Notes under the pieces: generated by a model
What the model saw: only the letters and a program-made list of their open reading frames with translations
Database searches by the model: none
What the model was told of the DNA's origin: nothing
In this document: piece by piece, positions 11,282 to 24,190 of the stretch
How positions within the stretch are numbered: the stretch's first letter is position 1
Layout of the letters: the number at the start of each line of letters is the position of its first letter
Assembly: GCA_951406725.2 (NCBI GenBank)
Contig: OX597815.1
Span: 214,520,001-214,584,000, forward strand
Direction of reading: 5' to 3'
DNA: 64,000 nt
DNA from: Octopus vulgaris
Taxonomy: Eukaryota
Translations under genes and position numbers: made by a program

Positions 11282-11558
11282 GGCATTCCTTCGATATAAC
11301 TCGATAAAATCAAAACATTTCACTTGGGGTATTTCCGTGGGTTGTGGAGTTTAGATATAACGAAATTATGCCAGCGATGTCTCATTTTAAACTTGAAGAA
11401 AAAAAAGAAGCCGTACATATTTGTTTTTACTTGTGTCATGTGTGTATGTAAAATCCTCAAATTTCCAAGCAGAAAACAGAATTGAACTGTCATTTGCTTC
11501 CACGGAAATACCTGATGTAAAATGTTTTGATTTTATCGAGTTATATCGAAGGAATGTC
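11282..11558. mobile_element. MITE with ~39-bp TIRs and 8-bp TSD (GG-ended, Merlin-like)
   Basis: GGCATTCCTTCGATATAACTCGATAAAATCAAAACATTT ... AAATGTTTTGATTTTATCGAGTTATATCGAAGGAATGTC; TSD GTTTACAT at 11274-11281 and 11559-11566. Confidence 0.9.
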
Positions 11559-12740
11559 GTTTACATTTTTAACGTTATCTTTTGAGGCAGCCGTCAAGAA
11601 ACCATTTGATTTCCAAGAGGTTGAAGATCTAGAAATAGTAGTCAAATCATTTTATCACATTTTACAGTCTAATGCTTGTATATATGTATATCTAAATGAG
11701 TGAATGTGGGAGTCTCTACATGTTAGAAATAGCGCTCCAAAATCCTTCAAGACAGTAATTGCTGTATTACGTATTTATTTATGTAACAACCAACAAGAGA
11801 ATTCACGACATGTTACCTAGACCTAATTATAATTGCTGCTAAATCTTCATTAGGTCATAGCCTGGGTCCTCCAAAGCTTTTGAATAGTATGAAAGTTCCC
11901 ATCAAAATATGATGCTTCGTATCCTGAATATTACAATCTCATCATGAAAGGTTGTTGAATATACTTCTTTCGTTTCCAGAATACATCTCAAACCAGCTGA
12001 TTTTATGTTTAAATCTAATTCACTTCAATCTATTGATGTTCATAGCCATGATGGTTCCGATAGAAATCATCATCGCTATGAACACCAATAGATCTCAAGA
12101 ACAATTATTGAAAATTCTTTGAGTGGTTTTGTGGCACAAAATATCAGTTCTATTTTGCCATTTCATTATTGGTCCCGTCATCATAATACCGGGAGAGGGG
12201 AGAGAATCCCGTTTAACTTAGGGCTTTGGATTTAACAGGTGACCAAGAAATACTTTGCGATAATTCTGCTTCAGTAGATTCTATGTCCATAGACAATTCC
12301 TTTGCAATGCATGACAAAATCAGTAGATTACTGCATTAGGTGACTTTTATTGGAAAACTGGGTAGACGCGAGTACCTCTACCAGTAAACACACACACATA
12401 CACACACACACGCACGCATACATACATGCAGACACACGCACAAATACACACACACTCATACACGCACACAAACACACATGGATGGTGGGTGGATGGACAC
12501 GGACGGACGGATGAACAAATATGTGTGTGTGTAAGGGAAGAGTATCAATTTCAATATATGTGGAGAAATAGACAGATAGATAGAGAGAGAGAGGGGGGTA
12601 TGTGTTCATACCGAAGAGGAATGGAATTAAGCGACCGATGTTAATATCGTTGGGGAGTGTGGAACAATGTTGTCGCTTGAGGAACGGAATCGAGAAACTC
12701 TGAGTAGCAGCAAACGGAGATGCAGCTTTGAGTAATTGTT

Positions 12741-13015
<275 letters not shown>

Positions 13016-13574
13016 CGTACAATGGTTTAACATGTTTCATGTTACATGTACATCGTTTGAGTACAAAAAAATGCAACGTATTGCAGGAAATCACAAGGGA
13101 AACTGATAGAAGGAATCGACGAGAAAGGAAGGAAAAAAATGATGCGGAGGGAATTCGATGAGTTAAGAATGACTGAAAAGTGCAGGGTAAGAAGAAGAAG
13201 AAAAATGCCTTTTTTTCTTTTTTTTTTCTTTAATTATAAAACAGTGGTAAACAGTCGTTATATAATCACTAATTTGGCTTCATAATTGCTGTTAGCCGAA
13301 AAGAAAGCTTCAAGAGATAAAGGTTCGTTGCGCGTTTCACTTGGCTTCTTCTTCCCAAATTGACTGCTGCTGCTGCTGCTGCTGCTGCTGTCAGAGGCCT
13401 GATGGCCACTGAGCTTAGCTGCTGAGTGTCTGCTCGATAGAAGGGGGGGGGGAGGTAATAATACATAGAATATGGACTGATTAAGGAGCAAGTAAATGTT
13501 AGATAGTCAGGTGGCACTTCCAGAACGATATTCAATTCATTTAGAATCTTTATTGTTGTTGTTAATATTATTAT

Positions 13575-14775
13575 TATTTCATCTTTCGGGGTCGATAAAA
13601 TAAGTACCAATTGAGTTCTGGGATCGGTGTCAATCGACTAGACCCCTCTCCCAAAATTAGAGATCTTGTGCTTAATTGAGTAAGGATTATTATTATTATT
13701 ATTGTTATCATTATTATTATTATTACTATTATCTGTTAGGCGGCGAGCTGGCAGAATCGTTAGCCTACCGGGCGAAATTCTTAGCAGTATTTCGTCTGTC
13801 GCTACGTTCTGAGTTCAAATTCCGCCGAGATCAACTTTGCCTTTTATCCTTTTGGGGTCGATAAATTAAGTACCAGTTACGCACTGGGGTCGATGTAATT
13901 GACTATTCCCTTCCCCCAAATTTCAGGCCCGTGCCTATATTCGAAAGGATTATTATTATTATCATCATTGTTATTATTATTCGCTAGGCGGCGGGCTGGC
14001 AGAATCGTTAACACGCCGGGTAAAATGCTTAGCAGCATTTCATCTGTCGCTATGTTCTGAGTTCAAATTCCGCCAAAGTTAACTTTGCCTTTCATCCTTT
14101 CGGGGTCGATAAATTAAATACCAGTGAAAGGCTGGGGTCGATGTAATCGACTACTTTCCTCTTAATCCGATCCTGATCATCATCTTTATCATCACTATCA
14201 TCGTTATAACCAATAATTCTATAACTGTTAATACTGCAGAAATTATTCAGAAACTTTTAAAAGATTTATTTGAATACTGACGCCATCACGACTATCGCCA
14301 CCACTAACACTATATACATCAATACCTTCCTCAACACATGTTAATAACAATATTGACATTTCAAAAAGGTGGCGAGCTGGCAGAAACGTTAGCACGCCGG
14401 GCAAAATGCTTAGCGGTATTTCGTCTGCTGCTACGTTCTGAGTTCAAATTCCGCCGAGGTCGACTTTACCTTTCATTCTTTCGGGGTCGATTAAATAAGT
14501 ACCAGTTACGTACTGGATTCGATATAATCGACTTAATCCGTTTGTCTGTCCTTGTTTGTTCTCTCTGTGTTTAGCCCCTTGTGGGTAGTAAAGAAATAGA
14601 AATACTTATTTCGTCTTTCTTTACGTTCTGAGTTCAAATTCTACTGAGGTCGACTTTACCATTCATTCTTTTGGAGGTCAAAAAATTAAGTACTAGTAGC
14701 GTACTGGAGTAAATCTAATCGACTAGCCCCCTCCCCAAACATTTCGGGCCTTGTACCTAGAGTGGAAAAGAATAT
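13575..14775 (+). mobile_element. cluster of five same-orientation SINE family A copies (~13575-13680 partial, 13739-13950, 13987-14160, 14368-14600, 14603-14775 partial)
   Basis: Repeated GGCGGCGAGCTGGCAGAATCGTTAGC...CTGAGTTCAAATTCCGCCGAGGTCGACTTTGCCTTTCATCCTTTCGGGGTCGATAAA..AAGTACCAG; several preceded by (ATT)n tails. Confidence 0.9.
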
Positions 14776-14866
14776 TAGCATTTCAGCTCGACCAATACTA
14801 AAGCGTTTAGCAGAAATTATGGCATTTTTTAAATGCGGAGGGGACGGATCGGTATATTTACTTATT

Positions 14867-15192
14867 GCACTTCGTTGGTTACGACGACGAGTGTTCCAGT
14901 TGATCCGATCAACAGAACAGCCTGCTTGCTCATGAAATTAACGTATAAGTGGCTGAGCACTCCACAGACACGTGTACTCCTAACGTAGTTCTCAGGGAGA
15001 TTCAGCGAGACACAGAGTGTGACAAGGTTGGTTCTTTGAAATACAGGTACTACTCATTTTTGTCAGCTGAGTGAACTGGAACAATGTGAAATAAAGTGTC
15101 TTGCTCAAGGACACAGCGCGTCGCTGGAAATTGAACTCATGACCTCACGATCGTGGGCCGAATAAGCTAACCACTAAACCCCCGCGCTTTCA
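14867..15192 (-). mobile_element. SINE family B (tRNA head plus CORE/Meta-like TGTCCTTGAGCAAGACACTTTA domain)
   Basis: Reverse complement of the copies at 16535-16860 and 48636-48960. Confidence 0.9.
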
Positions 15193-15324
15193 CGCTTACA
15201 TATGCATACATGCAAATACACACACTTATACCTACATATGCGCACATATATAAGCACGCGCGCATGTGTATGTGTGCGTTTATGCTACAAATGAAAAAAA
15301 AAAGAGTGCGCAAGTCAGTAGAAA

Positions 15325-15800
15325 GCAGCCATGCTGGAGCACCGCCTTGAAGTGTTTTAGTTGAACAAATCGATCTCACTACTTATCTTAGAGCTTATTT
15401 ATTCTTTTAGACGCTTTTGTCAAACTACTAACTTACGGGGACGTAAACAAACCAACACAAGTTGTCAAACTGTGGTGAGGGACAAACACAAATACACACA
15501 CACACTCGTATACTATGTATATATATATATACATAGGGAGAGTTCACGAAGACGAAGACAGGTGGTGTATAATACAAACAGATGTATTAGTATAACGCTC
15601 AGGAATAGAAAAAGTCTTTTACGTTTCGAGCCTACGCTCTTCTACAGAAAGGGACACAGAAAAAAACAAGGAGAGGAAAAATATATATATATAGGCTTAA
15701 AAGGCTTTTGTCGGCCAAGGGCTATAGTAGAAGTCCCCCAAGATACCACGCAGAAAGACTGAACCCAGGACCATGTAGTTGGGAAGCAAACTTCTAACGT
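15325..15800 (-). mobile_element. SINE family C (internal microsatellite), interrupted by a hammerhead-bearing insert
   Basis: GCCATGCTGGAGCACCGCC..., and GACTGAACCCAGGACCATGTAGTTGGGAAGCAAACTTCT head, homologous to other family C copies. Confidence 0.75.
15535..15680 (-). mobile_element. short Penelope-like element with hammerhead variant (15616-15651)
   Basis: Minus strand CTTT CTGTAGA A GAGC-GTAG-GCTC GAAA C GTA AAAG; flanked by TA repeats; close copy at 56525-56695. Confidence 0.65.
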
Positions 15801-16534
15801 ATACAGGTACATAAGATATATTGATTAGGAATCAGTGCGTGGTTATTATTACTCAGACTTTAATGCGCATCCAGTATTGACAGTCAGATGACGATGTGTG
15901 TAGTGTACGTACGGGAGCGAATCATTAGCGTATATGTCACACACACGCACGTATTTGTGTGCATCTCTTATAAAATTATATTAGTGTGTATGGAAATATA
16001 TGTGTGCGTGTGAAGACGTATGTTAGTATTCACCCTACTTTCATAGTGATTCCCTCAAATCACAGCCTACAGTCTTTTAGAAAGGAAAAAATACATTATC
16101 CAATATACATAGATACATGCAGGTATACCTCACCCTAAGTCGTTAATTGGTTCCTGAAGACACGACGTTAGTCGAATTACTTGTCTATAGGTTAGGCTAG
16201 ACCTAACCTAGCCTAGCGTAAACTGCTAATAGCTAGTACTGTACTTTATTTATGAATGCATTTTCGATAAGACATGATTAATGAAATTCTATTTTAAGTT
16301 TACAGACAAATGTATTTATTATTTTGTAATACAATAAAAACGAACTAAAGTATTTTAAATTTACTAACACGTAAAATTTGATGGTGTTTACATAATAGAT
16401 GTAGATGACTGAGGTGGTCGATGTCAGCATCATCAGCTGATTCTGGTAATTCTCGTTGACATTCGATGCGTTTAAAAAACTGGTTAAGAGTGCTTTGAAC
16501 TGTCTACCTTTCGTCAAGGATTACCTTATATGGA

Positions 16535-16860
16535 GTGAAGGCGCGTGGTTTAGTTGTTAGGGCATTCATCTCACGATTGTAAGGTCGTGAGTTCAAATCC
16601 CGGCGACGCGCTGTGTCCTTGAGCAAGACACTTTATTTCACGTTGCTCCAGTCCACTCTGCTGACAAAAATGAGTAGAGCCTGTATTTCAAAGGGCCAGC
16701 CTTGTCACACTCTGTGTCACACTGAATCTCCCTGAGAACTACGTTAGGAATATACCTGTCTGCGGAGTGCTCAGCCACTTGCACGTTAATTGCACTAGCA
16801 AGCTGTTCTGTTGATCGTATCAGCTGGGGTCCTCGTCGTCGTAACCGACAGAGTGTTGCT
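16535..16860 (+). mobile_element. SINE family B
   Basis: A box TGGTTTAGTTG, B box GAGTTCAAATCC, TGTCCTTGAGCAAGACACTTTATTTCAC core. Confidence 0.9.
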
Positions 16861-16861
16861 T

Positions 16862-17229
16862 TGTGGAGGTGCAATGGCCCAGTTGTTAGGGCAGTGGACT
16901 CGCGGTTTCGATTACCAGACCAGGCGTTGTGAGTGTTTATTGAGCGAAAACGTCTAAAGCTCCACGAGGCTCCGGCAGGGAGTGGTTGCGAACCCTCCTG
17001 TATTCTTTCACCACAACTTTCTCTCACTCTTCCTTCTTGTTTCTGTTGTACTTGTATTTCAAAAGGGCCAGCCTTGTCACACTCTGTGTCACGCTAAATC
17101 TCCCCGAGAACTACATTAAGGGTACACGTGTCTATGGAGTGCTCAGCCACTTGCACGCTAATTGCACTAGCAGGATGTTCCGTTGATCGGATCAACTGGA
17201 CCCTCGTCATTGTAACCGACGAAGTGCCA
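16862..17229 (+). mobile_element. SINE with family-D head and family-B 3' half
   Basis: 5' part matches the reverse complement of the 60780-60960 head; 3' part (TGTATTTCAAAAGGGCCAGCC...) matches family B. Confidence 0.75.
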
Positions 17230-17677
17230 CGACATTATAAGGAGCAAAAGCTTCGTGACAAGTTCCCATAATCTTGGAAAAGCGTTGAGCATTTGGATCC
17301 ATATCTTCAAACATAGCAGGACCTTTTTTGCTGCGTGCAAATGCTTGCTACATTTTCTTAATGGTGAAGTGGCATGGCTCAGGTTCGATTTCTTCTTTAT
17401 TTTGTTGCTCTTTTTCTTCGATGATCTTCAATGTCGCAGGAAATTCCGCTGGTGCATGTTCGTCAGCTGATGCGCTTTCACCTGGCTTCTTAAGGAAGAG
17501 ATAACTTCTCCGGGTTTTAAATCTCATAAACCATCCTTGACTTGCCTTGAACTCTACGTCTTTCTCATTACTAAGAGCCCTTCTTTTCAGCAAGATACAA
17601 CAGTTACAAATATATGTGGAGAAGTGTATATGTATGTAGTTACGTGTGTGTGCGTCTCAGTAAACACACACATATGC

Positions 17678-17717
<40 letters not shown>

Positions 17718-17754
17718 CTCTTACTCGATTCATTTAGTATAGAAAAGTATTTAA

Positions 17755-18007
17755 CCCTTAAACGACGGGCGTTATCAAATGATGTTTCAAAACTTTTACA
17801 TAAATATGGCCATCATCAAAAGAAAGTGAATATTTTTGGGTACTTTTCGATAATGAGAATGTAAATTTTATGGTGTGAGTGACTAACAATTATTATATGT
17901 TTTGTACTTATTTAAAGTGAAAATGAGTATAAAAAACAAAATATTTTAAACAAATTTTTGCCCGTTTGGCACATACATTCATGCAACACTAACCCGCCGT
18001 TTAAAGG
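17755..18007. mobile_element. piggyBac-type MITE
   Basis: TTAA|CCCTTAAACGACGGG ... CCCGCCGTTTAAAGG|TTAA: TTAA TSD and CCY-ended TIRs. Confidence 0.8.
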
Positions 18008-18179
18008 TTAATAAATTTACAGAATTTATCAAGCTGAATTGATCAGGATAAATCAGGGCTAATTAAATGCACAGGTTACAGGTAGTTGCTGTTTAATGAC
18101 AATGACTGGCGCAAAGGAAAGTGTTCCTTTTAATATTTCAATATTTGAATTACTCGCCTGAAAGAGGGCAGAGCTTGAC

Positions 18180-18236
18180 ACACTCAGTATATTTGGTCAC
18201 CGTCTTCAACACTGAGTATATTCGGTCACCGTCTTC
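18180..18236. repeat. 28-bp tandem direct duplication
   Basis: ACACTCAGTATATTTGGTCACCGTCTTC then A then ACACTGAGTATATTCGGTCACCGTCTTC. Confidence 0.85.
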
Positions 18237-18379
18237 CTAAGCATCATCGGTTTCTTTAAAACCATTTTTCATTTCTTGGCTCCGGAAGTATGAAAACTGC
18301 TGATGCGGGAATAGTTATTCACAAGAAAAGCAAGGCAAAGAAAAAATACGGTTCAGATTATAATGCCAATAAGAAGGCA

Positions 18380-20220
18380 AAAAGTGAATTTAACGTTTCG
18401 CACGATTTTCCTTTGTCTAGAAACGGGGGGAAAATACATAGAAGAGAGAGAGGGGAATGAAGAGACTGTTAAGTGAGAAAGTAATGTCAGAGAGGTCGCT
18501 TAGTGAATGCAGGGTGGAAGTGTTTAGAATGGTGGTTCCATCGAGAAGAGCAACTTAAGAGAGAAATGAGTGAAATAAATGTAAAATGATGTAACGATGT
18601 ATAAATATGTTATGTAAAATGTATGAGAGAGTAGAAGTCACATATATGGGTAGGTTGTTTTATGTGTGAGCAATACAGAAGCTTGTGAGTCGGTTATGTG
18701 AATGGAAAGGCAGAGATGTGAATAGGAGATAGTATTGCGTGTGCGGTATGAAAAGAATAGAAAGAAGTAGAAAGCGAATGTACTAGAAAATATACGTGAC
18801 TAACATGTGTGACTGTGTGTGTGAAGTGATCGAATAATAACGTGTGTATGTATTTGTAACTGTGAGACAGTGTGGTAGCACAGTATTTGTGGGTTTGTGT
18901 ATGAGGTCTTCAGAGAGAGTGAAGTGTGCACAAAGACGCTTATTGGTATATAAGAATGTTTTCGAAAGGGGAGTGTCTTTGAATGAAAGCAACCCTATTC
19001 TTAACACCAGCTAGGGTATATGTGCTTAACCGGGAAAATTAATTATTGCTTGCAACGCAAGTAAGAGCCGAGTGTTTTGTAGTACTGCATACGGATGCAA
19101 ACGGTGAGATACAAGTGAGTATTACCTGCAGATTTTAAAAGACAAATTATAGGCTTGAATGATCCGGTGTTGTTGCGTTGAACATCTCACAGTGTTATCT
19201 AAAATGAACAACCAGCTGCTGACTAATTTTGTTCAATATACAATAAGCTACAGAATTGGTATTTTATGTAATAGATGAGGTTTTTGAAGATGCAGGGAAA
19301 GTGATCGATGGCGTGAATAAACTAGGTTTATTTAGTGATGATCTGAATGAATGGACATGTGATGAAGCAGAGTCGGGAACAGAAGAGGGCAAAGAACTTC
19401 GATTTGGTAAACCAGAAAGTCACACAGGCTTTTGGTGACGTCTGAAGAAAAGGAGAGAAAGCTCAAATATAGGTGTTAACGGCTGCGGGGTCGGTTTAAA
19501 GAATAAGAATGTTCTGCATGACGGTGGAGTGGATGGTGACGGAGAAGAGAATGTGATTGGGTCACTGATGCAGACAGGCAACATTGACAGCTAGCTTAAA
19601 GTAACCACATTCTAGGAAGTAGGGACCATGTTGGATAGCTGAGCCAAATCGGGGTCTCGATTGGATAACTGTGGTGGAGGCCGCAGCGAAAGAATCGTAA
19701 TTAAGGACAGCAGACTTGGTGCAAGTTAGATGAGGCTAATTAAATCAAGGTATAACCAGAATCGGTAGGTTTGTAAAACACGCTGATGAAGTAGTTGGGG
19801 TGGTGAGTGACGAAGAGTCTTGGGTGATGAGAGAGAGAGAAAGACTGGGTAAACGGTGAAGACGAGTTCGGCGAGGAAGTGAAGGAAAATAGAAATGATG
19901 GGTTTGAACGTGGTGTGATGGTCAAGGGAGAACTTGAGGGATTGCTTATCGTTGTTGAGGATGGCCAACAGAGAGAGATTTAACAGCCATGAGAAAAATG
20001 TACGGAGAAGGGTCAAGCAGAAAAGTGTACAGGCGAGGGCCAAGAATTGAAGAGGTGGGAGTCATGGTTGGTGCCATGGATGTATGATATGAATGTTGCT
20101 ACCAAGATTGAGAAGGATTGGTTGAGGAATTTGAAGCTTTGTTTGGTGGGCCAGTTCCATGCGAAAACGATCGGGTGATTGGGAGTGTTAGCATTATAAA
20201 TCTTGTGGAAGAAGTAGATA
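18380..20220 (-). mobile_element. Penelope-like retroelement relic (RT C-terminus, GIY-YIG, decayed 3' hammerhead)
   Basis: ISVFYKPTDS...CTKSAV..RFFR (~19690-19790, RT thumb); CIFKNLIYYIKYQFCSLLYIEQ..QQL..HF (~19190-19290, GIY-YIG TC.S.N.IY.I.C..C...YIG); GCGAAACGTTAAA hammerhead remnant near 18390. Confidence 0.75.
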
Positions 20221-20932
20221 GTTATACTAATATGATTAATTTAATTGTATCGAGAATAAATAATTCAGAGACGCCATCCGCATGAAAATCAATAGTTAAG
20301 ATAGCATTAATACATTTAATGCAGAGAGTATTAAAAAGCTAACTAGATTGTTTATTGGTTGTTGTAAGAATATAAAACTGTTTAGAGAATGAATAATTTA
20401 TTCTTATTACTCTCTGCGTTAAAGACGTTATTAGTGTAGTCGTTGAACCGGTAGAATCGGCGAACGGGGGACAAAATAACTCGTGGTATTAAGTCCAGCT
20501 CTCTGTACTCTGAGTATACACCCTACTACGTCATCCATGCCGCTGATTGTTTCGAAGTCAAGTCAATAAAAAAAGAGCTTGTCCGAGGGTGCGTGTGGAT
20601 TGACAGAATTGTTAGAGAAGCCTTGTGGTATTTGTTCGGAATTTTTTTCCTTTCTGAGTTCTCGGGTGGCAGACTTAATCCGTTGCTCGTTTTAACACTA
20701 TCTCTTGATCCTTGGGTATCTTTCTCACATCTGACTCGTTGTAAACATTTGAAGATCCTGGTGGAAAAATAAGTCTCGGAGATAATGATGGGAAAAAGAG
20801 CCGGTCATGAGCTCTGTTTTCCCTACGTGAATTATTTTATTTACTAAGTATTTCTAAATTCTTACGTTAACCAATGCACAACCTTGTACTTAGGAATTGC
20901 TTCTTCTCTTCAATTCGTTCTATGAAGACCAT

Positions 20933-20976
20933 GCATCGCTGATGAGGTGAGAACAAGACCAAAACTTATCCTGATT
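20933..20976 (+). ncRNA. decayed type-I hammerhead motif
   Basis: ATCG CTGATGA GGT-gagaacaag-ACC AAAA(G>A) CTTA TC CTGAT; core mutated. Confidence 0.35.
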
Positions 20977-21419
20977 TATTTCCTTGTTAATGCCTCCTGC
21001 ATACATTCGTGATATTTTCTGTTTCTAAATTTCTTTAGGAATAAATCAAAAAGCGTTTCAGACGAAATCACTAGCTTTATTTTAGGTCGTGAGGAATTTA
21101 AAATTATATTATACGGTGTATTCTTTTGGAAGACTGTAGAATATAATTCGTGAGAGATTTTGCTGCTCTTTCTAGCACGTCGAACGATCACCTAAAAGCC
21201 TTTTCACGAAGAAACATGGTAGAGTGGTATGCACTATACTACGAAGCATCAGCAATAAGACATGGGTCTCTTATCTGGCTTCGTACATAGACAATTAAAC
21301 ATTCGATACATACGATATACTTTTGGATAATAGCGACAATTCTAAAAGATTAGTGATGGGTTAGATCGGCGTCGAATGCAGTAAAACATAAACACTCACG
21401 CACACAAACACAAACAGAC

Positions 21420-21790
21420 GTGTAGCGAAGAAATGTCTAACATTTCGGTCTCCTCACAAGTCTTTATATTTCTCGTTTTGTGCTGGCTTGTTCCTGGGTG
21501 GAGGGTTAGTCATTTACTTTTAGGGTGGTTGTGGGTCTCGTATTAATTTCAATTGATTGCTATTACCCATTCAAGCGGGGAGTTATTTAAGGCGAAATCT
21601 TAACTAGATACAGCTGGTCGATTCGGATTGTTTCGAAGGAATTTGCCGAAATGAAATTTGAAATTGTTGGAAATCGTGCTATTAAGCAAGCCATGGACAG
21701 GGCTCTTAGAAACTGAAAATTATCCGGGAGTCACGAGAAGCAGTTAGGATTGCCTTAAAAGGGTTCTGCCAATATTCTAAACATAACAGG
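21420..21790 (-). mobile_element. possible Penelope-like 3' fragment
   Basis: Minus-strand NNFK..SANSFETIRI..L.LVKISP*IN resembles the PLE endonuclease tail; GACCGAAATGTTAGAC hammerhead-like remnant at ~21435-21450. Confidence 0.35.
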
Positions 21791-22294
21791 GAACTCTCTT
21801 TCACTCAATCAGCTAGAGAGAACAGTTAAATTCCCTCTATGTAAAACCCTGCTGTTTAAAAAAGATATTGAGCAGGATATATTGAATGTCTGAAAACAAA
21901 CCAGCAAACTATTTTATCACCTCCAGAATACTTTTAATGATACATGTGCTGAGTCGAAGCTAATTTAGTGTTAATCCTTTGCCTGTTCAAAGCATTTTCA
22001 TAAATTTGTCCGTGCATCTCGTCTTATAGTCTTAAAAAATATAAAGAAACATTGGATGATATTTAGAGACAATGTATTCAGAAAACATTGTTTCTAAATA
22101 ATACATTGTCTCTAAATAAGAAGCTTGATGACTAGACCACATTCTATTATAGATTAGTGCTTATCTGTGTACAAACAACAACAATCTGTCACTGATTAAG
22201 ATCTATTTCATTAAACAAAACCGACGCAGGCACTATTAGGTTGTTGGTTATATTTTACAATGAACAGATGGGTAACTCTTCACGTGAAATAATA

Positions 22295-22745
22295 CCAATT
22301 TTGGCATAAGGCCAGCCATTTTGAGGGGAGGTAGCATGTCGGTTACATCAACCCCAGTACTGAATTGGTACTTAAAGGGTAAAAGGCAAAGCGGACATCG
22401 GCGATATTTGAATACGGAACGTAATGAGCCGGAAGTAATGTTGCTAAGCATTTTGTCCGGCGTGCTAACACTTCTGCCAATTTGCCGCCTTCCTTTACAT
22501 GAAATAACGGTTTCACGTTCTGACAGAGGGCCAGCAGCTTTTGTATGGACGACGAAGTTAATTTACGTCGAGCTCAGTTTTTGATTGATACTTATCTTAT
22601 CGACCTCGAAAGCATAATGGGCAAAGTCGGCCTCGGAGGTATTTGAACTCAGAAGGTAATGAGCCGGAATTAATGGTGCTAAGTATTTTTCCGGCGTGTT
22701 AACAATTCTGCCAATTTGCCGCCGTCCTTACATGAAATAATAACT
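22295..22745 (-). mobile_element. two tandem SINE family A copies sharing the same head-side flank
   Basis: Both end ..TTCTGCCAATTTGCCGCC.TCC(T)TTACATGAAATAA (~22470-22508 and ~22705-22740). Confidence 0.75.
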
Positions 22746-22799
22746 CTGACAATCACGAATAATGTAATTCATATCGGGCTTCGTGGATAATTCTAAATA

Positions 22800-23004
22800 C
22801 TCTTTTACTTGCTTCAGTCATTTGACTGTGGCCATGCTGGAGCACCGCCTTTAGTCGAGCAAATCGGCACCAGGACTTATTCTTTGTAAACATAGTACTT
22901 ATTCAATCGGTCTCTTTTGCCAAACCGCTACATTACGGGGATGTAAACACACCAGCATCGGTTGTCAAGCGATGTTGGGGGGGGGGACAAATACAGACAC
23001 ACAA

Positions 23005-23072
<68 letters not shown>

Positions 23073-23185
23073 TGTGATACTTTCAGTTTCCGTCTACCAA
23101 ATCCACACACAAGGCTTTGATCGACCCGAGGCTATAGTAGAAGACACTTGCCCAAGGTGCCACGCAATGGGACTAAACCCGGAAG
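22800..23185 (-). mobile_element. SINE family C
   Basis: CTCTTTTACTTGCTTCAGTCATTTGACTGTGGCCATGCTGGAGCACCGCC...(CA)n(TA)n...GACACTTGCCCAAGGTGCCACGC. Confidence 0.88.
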
Positions 23186-23265
23186 TACCTTATTTAGACT
23201 TATTAAAACCTTCTGAGTGAATTTGGTAGACGGAAACAGAAAAAAGCCCATCGTATTGTATGCAT

Positions 23266-23403
<138 letters not shown>

Positions 23404-23667
23404 TCACACAATCAAACTTACTGTGAACGCCAGTCGGGGTGCGTGACGTTCAGTTATTCCATAAATGAAAAATGCATCAAATACCACAAAACGTACAGGT
23501 AGGACAGACACAAGGACCCTAATCATTCCTCGGTTATCGACCAAAATTACTAGTACCCAGTTTCGTACCTTACGAGTATGTGTCAGAGAGAGGGGGGAGT
23601 GTGTGTGTGTGTCTTGACAGCACGTGATAGTTGTAACACTAGTGCTCCGTCATACAGACGTTGTTCC

Positions 23668-24190
<523 letters not shown>

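Larger units (their letters stand above)
16120..17590 (-). mobile_element. Tigger/pogo transposon deletion derivative interrupted by two SINEs
   Basis: FKASQGWFMRFKTR...GESASAD..A..FP..L (17348-17593), then FEDMDPNAQRFSK..APY; after the SINE block YKVILDER*TVQSTLNQFFK (~16470-16530); TIR-like CAGGTATACCTC at 16120. Confidence 0.85.

Noticed and set aside
13739-13825. SINE heads as genuine tRNA genes (also 16540, 48640, 60890)
   Set aside because: They have A/B boxes but no complete cloverleaf and continue into SINE bodies present in many copies.
17565-17783. Same peptide LKRRALSN in two opposite-strand ORFs
   Set aside because: Codons differ throughout, and the two belong to different elements (Tigger edge versus piggyBac TIR); treated as coincidence.
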